Below the pieces are notes generated by a model, which did no database searches, was not told the origin of the DNA, and worked only from the letters and a program-made list of their open reading frames with translations. Positions 57,651 through 64,000 of a stretch of DNA of 64,000 nt are shown piece after piece (positions within the stretch are counted from its first letter, which is position 1; every line of letters starts with the position of its first letter). Source of the DNA: an uncultured Oscillospiraceae bacterium (GTDB taxonomy: Bacteria > Bacillota > Clostridia > Oscillospirales > Oscillospiraceae); NCBI GenBank assembly GCA_964513605.1, contig CAZENN010000001.1, positions 12,559-76,558 on the forward strand. The letters run 5' to 3'. The translations under genes and the position numbers were made by a program.

Positions 57651-58600
57651 AGTTTCCCGTTTTTGATTTGCACTGTGATACTGCCTATGCACTGCTCGGA
57701 GACGATTTTAACAGTGCAGGAACGTTGCGCTGCAACCAATTGCACATTGATTTGGATAGAGCAAAGATGCTGGGGGGCTATGCTCAATGCTTTGCATGTT
57801 TTACATCACCGCTGATGCAGCAATGGTGTCATACCTCTGCTGTTAATATGTTTGAGCGGCAGCTGGCTACGATCCAGCGCGAGATCGATAAAAATAAGCG
57901 GTTAATATCCATTGCCTATGGTCCCGGAGATATTCGTTCAAATTTAGAAAAAGGGAAGATGTCTGCTGTTTTGACAATAGAGGGACCTGCCGGTTTTGGA
58001 TATGATCCAGCCTTATTGGAGGATCTGAGCCTGATTGGTTTCCGGATGACCACTTTGACTTGGAATGAGGAAAACCCTCTTGCCGGCAGTCACTTGACCG
58101 GTGGTGGGTTAACGGAGCAGGGCAAGGAGTTCGTTCGGGAAGCACAGAGACTGGGCATGCTTATTGATGTCAGCCACTTAAGTGATGAGGCGTTCTGGGA
58201 CATTATGGATATAACAGAAGCACCCATTGTAGCGTCTCACTCAAATAGCCGCTGCATTTGTGACGTCAGCCGAAATCTCACAGATGATATGTTCCGTGCG
58301 ATCTGCCAGACCGGAGGTGTTGCCGGTATTAATCAGTGTGTTGAGTTTGTTGGACGGTCTGCTGATTTGGATGCAGTTTGCGACCATCTGCTTCACTTTC
58401 TGGAGATGGATCCGGAGGGGCATCATATCGCTCTGGGCGGAGACTTGGATGGCTGCGAGCATCTGACCAGCGGGTTTGCTGATATCCACGGCTACATACC
58501 ACTGGCTGAGCGGTTATTGGAGCGCGGTATAACAGAAGAAATGGTAAGAAATATTTACTGCAACAATGCACTGGGAGTGATGGATAAGTGCTGTATGTAA
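57647..58600 (+). CDS. Membrane dipeptidase family (M19) protein
   Basis: DLHCD, TIEG, IDVSHL, ASHSN, LGGDLDG. Confidence 0.88.
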   Translation: MKFPVFDLHCDTAYALLGDDFNSAGTLRCNQLHIDLDRAKMLGGYAQCFACFTSPLMQQWCHTSAVNMFERQLATIQREIDKNKRLISIAYGPGDIRSNLEKGKMSAVLTIEGPAGFGYDPALLEDLSLIGFRMTTLTWNEENPLAGSHLTGGGLTEQGKEFVREAQRLGMLIDVSHLSDEAFWDIMDITEAPIVASHSNSRCICDVSRNLTDDMFRAICQTGGVAGINQCVEFVGRSADLDAVCDHLLHFLEMDPEGHHIALGGDLDGCEHLTSGFADIHGYIPLAERLLERGITEEMVRNIYCNNALGVMDKCCM

Positions 58601-59631
58601 CGACTCGAAATAAGCATGATGTCTTTACAGCATATCGGAGTATGCATCAGGATCGGGGACCGGACGGGGGGCTTTTTGTGCCTTTCCATCTGCCCGTCTT
58701 TGAAAAGAACCAGATCTTGGCTCTCGGTACAAATTCCTTTGGTCAGAATATTGCGAATATTCTGAATTTGTTATATTCAACGAAATTGACGGCTTGGGAT
58801 GTGGACGTTAGCATTGGACGGTATCCAATTTCATTTAAACCTATCGGACATCGCATCTTGATGGGAGAGCTTTGGCACAATGTTGACGGAAATTTTCAGA
58901 GAGCTGTTAACGGGCTGGCTGTACGCATTAACTCAGACGATGAACTGTTGGGGACACCGTCGAATTGGGTGCAAATTGGTGTGCGTATTGCGTTCCTTTT
59001 TGGATTGTATGGTCAGATGCTCCAAAATGGGCAGATACGGATCGATAAGCCTTTGATACTGGCTGTTCCCGCTGGAAGTTTTTCTGTGCCTATGGCTGCT
59101 TGGTATGCCCGTGCTATGGGATTGCCAATCGGGACGATCATTTGTGGCTGCAATGAAAATGGTGCACCGTGGGATTTGCTTCATCGGGGGGAATTGGATA
59201 CCGGAATGCTGGCGGTCCATACTACCACGCCAGAGTCCGATGTGGCGCTCCCTGCTGATTTGGAAAGATTGATTTGTGCCGTTCTGGGGCAAGAGGAAGC
59301 ACTACGCTACTGGTGGACCTGTGCAGAGGGAGGGGCTTATATTCCTCCTGAAGCAAGCATTGAGGAACTGCGCAAGGGGATGTTTGCGGCTGTAGTCAGT
59401 CAGGATCGGGTCTCCAGTATGATTCCAAGTGTCTATCGAACCAATCGATATATTCTGGACCCATACGCAGCACTGGCCTATGGTGCGCTTTCTGACTACC
59501 GAGCTCGAACAGGCTCAGCCGCAACGGCACTGATTTGGATGGAAAAGAGTCCAATGTGCAGTGCTTCGACGGTAGCGACAGCTATGCACATTTCGACAGA
59601 TGAATTGAAGCGGAGAATGTCCGGGGGATAG
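58588..59631 (+). CDS. Threonine synthase-like protein lacking the PLP lysine
   Basis: MLYVTTR..DGGLFVP, VPAGSF..MGLPI..CNEN and YILDPY.A recall ThrC; ELFHGPTxAFKD is replaced by ELWHNVDGNFQR. Confidence 0.7.
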   Translation: MLYVTTRNKHDVFTAYRSMHQDRGPDGGLFVPFHLPVFEKNQILALGTNSFGQNIANILNLLYSTKLTAWDVDVSIGRYPISFKPIGHRILMGELWHNVDGNFQRAVNGLAVRINSDDELLGTPSNWVQIGVRIAFLFGLYGQMLQNGQIRIDKPLILAVPAGSFSVPMAAWYARAMGLPIGTIICGCNENGAPWDLLHRGELDTGMLAVHTTTPESDVALPADLERLICAVLGQEEALRYWWTCAEGGAYIPPEASIEELRKGMFAAVVSQDRVSSMIPSVYRTNRYILDPYAALAYGALSDYRARTGSAATALIWMEKSPMCSASTVATAMHISTDELKRRMSGG

Positions 59632-59641
59632 GGAGGCACTC

Positions 59642-60328
59642 ATGGCGCTTTATGCAATTGGAGATTTGCATCTTTGTTTAGGTGCGGAAAAACCAATGGA
59701 TATTTTTGGTGGAAACTGGGTCGGCTATATGGATAAGCTGCTTGACGGCATGTCCGTGATCACTCCTGAGGATACGACGGTCTTGCTCGGAGATCTTTCT
59801 TGGGCACTTTCCTTGGATGGGGCAGGCGCAGATTTTGCTTGGATCAATAGGATCCCTGGACGAAAGATTATTTTGAAGGGTAATCATGATTATTGGTGGA
59901 GTACCGCTTCAAAGTTTTATAAATTCTGTGAGGAACAGGGCTTTTCCAATCAATTCATTCTGAATAATAACCATTATGAGTATGATGGCTGGGCAATTTG
60001 CGGTACTCGCGGTTGGTTTTTTGAAGAGGAACGCAGTGGACAACAGGATGAAAAGATATTCAAACGTGAATTGCTGCGTCTGGAAGCATCTCTGGAATCT
60101 GCCGGTGACTTGCCCAAAATGGTTTTTCTGCACTATCCACCTCGCTACAAAGGATATGAATGCAAAGAAATTCTGACACTTCTGGAACGGTATGGCGTGC
60201 GGCGATGCTTTTATGGTCATTTGCACGGTCCCAGTCATAAATTGGCGGTGGAAGGTCTATGGGATGATGTGGATTACCGGCTTGTTTCTGCTGATTTTTT
60301 AAATTTCAAGCCAATGAAAGTTATTTGA
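59642..60328 (+). CDS. Metallophosphoesterase
   Basis: DLH, GDLSW, GNHD, GHLH. Confidence 0.9.
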   Translation: MALYAIGDLHLCLGAEKPMDIFGGNWVGYMDKLLDGMSVITPEDTTVLLGDLSWALSLDGAGADFAWINRIPGRKIILKGNHDYWWSTASKFYKFCEEQGFSNQFILNNNHYEYDGWAICGTRGWFFEEERSGQQDEKIFKRELLRLEASLESAGDLPKMVFLHYPPRYKGYECKEILTLLERYGVRRCFYGHLHGPSHKLAVEGLWDDVDYRLVSADFLNFKPMKVI

Positions 60329-60350
60329 TAAAGAATTTAAGAAAAAACAG

Positions 60351-60379
60351 TGGACAATTGAGGATTTTTTTGATAATAT
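60351..60379 (+). promoter_or_regulatory. sigma-A promoter of tig
   Basis: TGGACA-17 bp-TATAAT with extended TG. Confidence 0.7.
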
Positions 60380-60440
60380 AATTAGGTTGTAAACATACAT
60401 AGTTCCGCATTTGCGGACTGATTTTTAGGAGGATACTAAA

Positions 60441-61730
60441 ATGAACGTAAAGAATGTCGAGAAGAACGGCAATCAAGCGACTCTTGTGGTCGAGATCGAC
60501 AAGGAGTTGATGGAGACCGGTGCCAACAAGGCCTACATGAAGGCTCGTAAGAATATTATGATTCCTGGCTTTCGTAAGGGCAAGGCTCCTCGGAAGATGA
60601 TCGAGGCTATGTACGGTGCTCATGTCTTCTATGAAGATGGTCTTGAGGAGATTTTTCCTGAGGTATATCAGGAGACCGTGCTGAAGCAGGACTTTAAGGC
60701 TGTGGGTCGTCCCAGCCTGACGGATATGAACATTGCCGATGATGGCGTTGTTACCATCACCATCACCACTGACGTATACCCTGAGGTGACCTTGGGCGAT
60801 TATAAGGGACTGGAGGTCGAGAAGGCTGAGGCTTCTGTAACTGATGAGGAAGTGAGTGCCGAGCTGGATCGCATGGCTCATAATGTTGCCTCCACCGAAA
60901 CCGTGGAGCGTGCCGCTCAGATGGGTGATACTGCCAACATTGATTTTGAGGGCTTTGACAATGGCGTTGCCTTTGACGGCGGCAAGGGTGAGAACTTTGA
61001 CCTGAAGCTGGGTTCCGGTTCCTTTGTTCCTGGTTTTGAGGAGCAGATCGTAGGCATGAACGTCGGTGATGAGAAGGACATCGATATCACTTTCCCTGAG
61101 GACTATAAGGAAGACTTGGCAGGTAAGCCTGTTGTATTCCATGTCAAGCTGAATAAGCTTACTGAAACTGTGGTTCCCGCCCTGGATGATGAGTTTGCCA
61201 AAGACGTTTCCGAGTTCGATACTCTGGATGAACTGAAGGCTGACATCCGTACTAAGGCTCTGGAGAAGGCTGAGAAGCAGATCAATAGTTCCTTTGAGAA
61301 TGCTTGCATTGAGAAGGCTGCCGAGAACGTCACTGTTGAGATGCCCAACGCTCTGATCGAAGCCGAACTGGATACCCAGATGGAGCGTTTTGCTTATCAG
61401 CTACAGATGAGCGGTTACTCTATGGAGCAGTATGCTAAGATGATGGGCGGCGATATCAATACTATGCGTAATGCCTTCCGTCCTGCCGCTGAGAAGCAGG
61501 CAAAGATCAACGTAACCATTGCGAAGATTGCCGAAGTGGAAAACATTTCCGTTTCCGATGATGAAATCAATGCCGAGTATGAGGCACTGGCTTCCCAGTA
61601 CCAACTGGAGCTGGATAAGGTCAAGGGCATGGTTCCTGCCGATGAGATTACCGAAAACCTGAAGACTCGTAAGGCCATCCAGGTGATTGTTGACAGTGCT
61701 GTAGCAGTTGCTCCCAAGACGGAGGAATAA
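60441..61730 (+). CDS. tig: Trigger factor
   Basis: IPGFRKGKAP, FKBP domain. Confidence 0.97.
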   Translation: MNVKNVEKNGNQATLVVEIDKELMETGANKAYMKARKNIMIPGFRKGKAPRKMIEAMYGAHVFYEDGLEEIFPEVYQETVLKQDFKAVGRPSLTDMNIADDGVVTITITTDVYPEVTLGDYKGLEVEKAEASVTDEEVSAELDRMAHNVASTETVERAAQMGDTANIDFEGFDNGVAFDGGKGENFDLKLGSGSFVPGFEEQIVGMNVGDEKDIDITFPEDYKEDLAGKPVVFHVKLNKLTETVVPALDDEFAKDVSEFDTLDELKADIRTKALEKAEKQINSSFENACIEKAAENVTVEMPNALIEAELDTQMERFAYQLQMSGYSMEQYAKMMGGDINTMRNAFRPAAEKQAKINVTIAKIAEVENISVSDDEINAEYEALASQYQLELDKVKGMVPADEITENLKTRKAIQVIVDSAVAVAPKTEE

Positions 61731-61783
61731 GCTGTCAGCTTTGTGGTTAGAATGTTTCAAGCCCTATGAAAGGAGACATGACC

Positions 61784-62365
61784 ATGAGTTTTATACCATA
61801 TGTAGTTGAACAAAGCAGCCGAGGAGAACGCAGCTATGATATTTTTTCTCGCCTGCTGAATGATCGTATCATTTTTCTGTCTGAGGAAGTCAATGATACA
61901 ACTGCCAGCCTGATCGTTGCTCAGATGCTGTATCTGGAGGCCCAGGACCCGGATAAGGATATTCAGTTCTACATCAACAGCCCGGGCGGCAGTGTAACTG
62001 CCGGTATGGCAATTTATGATACCATGCGGTATATCAAGTGTGATGTGGCAACCATTTGCGTTGGACTGGCAGCTTCTATGGGAGCATTCTTGCTTTCCGC
62101 CGGTACAAAGGGGAAGAGAATGGCACTGCCCAATGCTGAAATTATGATTCATCAGCCAAGTGCCGGCACGCAGGGCCAGATTACAGATATGGCCATCCAT
62201 CTGAAGCGTTTACAGACGATCAAGGAAAAGATGAACCACATCCTGGCTGCCAATACCGGTAAGAGTGTGGAAGAGGTCACCGCTGCTTGTGAGCGTGATA
62301 ACTTCATGTCTCCCGAGGATGCACTGAGCTTCGGGTTGATCGACCGCGTTTTGGAGCGTCATTGA
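61784..62365 (+). CDS. clpP: ATP-dependent Clp protease proteolytic subunit
   Basis: [25 protein letters not shown]. Confidence 0.97.
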   Translation: MSFIPYVVEQSSRGERSYDIFSRLLNDRIIFLSEEVNDTTASLIVAQMLYLEAQDPDKDIQFYINSPGGSVTAGMAIYDTMRYIKCDVATICVGLAASMGAFLLSAGTKGKRMALPNAEIMIHQPSAGTQGQITDMAIHLKRLQTIKEKMNHILAANTGKSVEEVTAACERDNFMSPEDALSFGLIDRVLERH

Positions 62366-62389
62366 TGAAAGAAAGGCAGGAAACTCCTC

Positions 62390-63643
62390 ATGGCAAATCA
62401 TGATGAGCAACCGATTCGCTGCTCCTTCTGTGGAAAACGGGAGGGGCAGGCGCAAATGATCGTCGGTCCTGGCGTGTATATTTGCGGTGAGTGTGTTGAA
62501 GCATGTAGTGAATTATTGCATGACCAAGGTTACTATATGGACAGTGCCAAATTGGGCATAGATAACCTTCCGACTCCAATGGAAATCAAGTCCTTTATGG
62601 ATGGTTATATTATTGGACAGGAGGAGGCGAAGATTGCCCTTTCCGTTGCAGTATACAACCATTACAAGCGGATTACCTGCGCAACAGACTCAGATGTGGA
62701 GCTCCAAAAAAGTAATATTTTGCTGATAGGTCCGACGGGCAGCGGAAAAACGCTGTTCGCGCAGACTCTAGCAAAGATTTTGAATGTTCCTTTTGCCATT
62801 GCAGATGCTACAACCTTGACGGAAGCAGGGTATGTGGGCGATGATGTGGAAAATATTCTTGTTCGCTTGCTGCAGGCAGCGGATTTTGATGTAGCACTGG
62901 CAGAACGTGGAATTATCTACATTGATGAAATGGATAAGATCGCTCGAAAAAGCGAAAATACATCCATTACTCGTGATGTTTCCGGTGAGGGTGTTCAGCA
63001 AGCCTTGCTGAAGATTCTGGAAGGAACGGTGGCCAATGTACCTCCTCAGGGAGGGCGGAAACACCCCCAGCAGGAGACCATTCAGCTGGATACCTCGAAT
63101 ATTCTGTTCATCTGCGGAGGAGCCTTTGATGGTTTAGATAAAATCATTGAAGCCCGTACCGATAAATCCGCCATTGGCTTTGATGCGCCGGTTGAGAGCC
63201 GAAAAAAACGGGATGTTGGCATGTTGCTTTCACAGGTCGAGCCGCATGATCTTCTGAAATTTGGCATCATTCCTGAGTTGGTTGGCCGCTTACCGGTGAT
63301 TACGTCCTTGCAGAGTTTAAAAAAGGAAGATTTGGTTCGCATTTTGGTTGAACCCAAAAACGCACTGATCAAGCAGTATCAAAAACTGCTCGAAATGGAT
63401 CATGTGGAATTAGAGATTCTTCCTGAGAGTTTGGAGGCAGTGGCACAGAAAGCGATTGATCGTCAGATCGGGGCTAGAGGATTGCGAGCTGTCATGGAAC
63501 AGGCAATGACTCCGATTATGTACTCAATTCCCTCGGATCTGACGATACGAAAGGTAATCATTACCCCTGAGTGCATTCAGGGTGGAGAGCCTCTGTTGGA
63601 GCGTAACCCCGACGTACCCCGATCCAAGGCTGGCTCCCATTGA
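62390..63643 (+). CDS. clpX: ATP-dependent Clp protease ATP-binding subunit
   Basis: CSFC zinc finger, [24 protein letters not shown]. Confidence 0.97.
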   Translation: MANHDEQPIRCSFCGKREGQAQMIVGPGVYICGECVEACSELLHDQGYYMDSAKLGIDNLPTPMEIKSFMDGYIIGQEEAKIALSVAVYNHYKRITCATDSDVELQKSNILLIGPTGSGKTLFAQTLAKILNVPFAIADATTLTEAGYVGDDVENILVRLLQAADFDVALAERGIIYIDEMDKIARKSENTSITRDVSGEGVQQALLKILEGTVANVPPQGGRKHPQQETIQLDTSNILFICGGAFDGLDKIIEARTDKSAIGFDAPVESRKKRDVGMLLSQVEPHDLLKFGIIPELVGRLPVITSLQSLKKEDLVRILVEPKNALIKQYQKLLEMDHVELEILPESLEAVAQKAIDRQIGARGLRAVMEQAMTPIMYSIPSDLTIRKVIITPECIQGGEPLLERNPDVPRSKAGSH

Positions 63644-63656
63644 TTTAATATGGTTT

Positions 63657-63684
63657 AGGGGGTAGTGCGCTACCCCCTTTTATT
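63657..63684 (+). terminator. Intrinsic terminator
   Basis: agggggtag-tgcg-ctaccccct followed by tttatt. Confidence 0.75.
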
Positions 63685-63705
63685 CTTTGAAGGAAGGTGA
63701 TGTCA

Positions 63706-64000
63706 GTGGAGCAGGAAATTCTGTCCGGCAACCTGCCAATTCTTGCACTGCGTGGGCTGGCAGTCTTTCCAAAGCAGACTGTACACTTTGATGTCGGGCG
63801 TTTGAAGTCTGTCAAAGCTTTGGAATATGCGATGAAGAATGATCAGGTTATTCTTCTGATACCACAAAAGGATATCCTTGATGATGACCCTGATTATGAG
63901 CAGCTGTACTCAATTGGAACGGTCGCAAAGGTAAGACAGATTTTGAAAAATCAGGGTGATACTCTGCGTGTGTTGGCAGTTGGTCTTTGTCGTGCGCGCA
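63706..64000 (+). CDS. lon: Lon protease, N-terminal part (runs off the window)
   Basis: LPILALRGLAVFP..HFDVGR.KS..AL; follows clpX; not in the ORF track. Confidence 0.9.
   Translation, partial: MEQEILSGNLPILALRGLAVFPKQTVHFDVGRLKSVKALEYAMKNDQVILLIPQKDILDDDPDYEQLYSIGTVAKVRQILKNQGDTLRVLAVGLCRAR

Overview
Chromosomal segment of a Gram-positive, spore-forming gut or rumen anaerobe. Gene content and sequence style suggest Clostridia, probably Oscillospiraceae; this assignment is an inference. The housekeeping backbone is ylxM-ffh-rpsP-khpA-rimM-trmD and, 42.6 kb later, rplS-lepB-ylqF-rnhB-yraN followed by tig-clpP-clpX-lon, plus pyk, asnB, carD, htrA, plsC, a Zn-type ABC transporter, trmO and tRNA-Pro(CGG). 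Accessory content: (1) two paralogous, cell-wall-anchored, non-catalytic starch-binding proteins (0.75-4.0 kb); (2) a decaying island (12.1-18.5 kb) with a secreted-protein/ABC-export cassette, a PadR-HAAS module, a phage-like gene relic and an IS30 remnant; (3) a SleC-like spore cortex-lytic enzyme whose pro-region is a separate gene; (4) a threonine synthase-like protein that has lost its catalytic lysine. The most interesting region is a ~23 kb locus (31.5-54.4 kb). In it a 2417-aa surface subtilase with BspA LRRs and an oligopeptide ABC importer are flanked by extracellular thioredoxin lipoproteins on one side and by a membrane Fe-S/thioredoxin fusion plus a CxxC membrane protein on the other. 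This is a candidate system that couples disulfide reduction to protein degradation and uptake. All family assignments come from motif recognition by eye; no searches were run.
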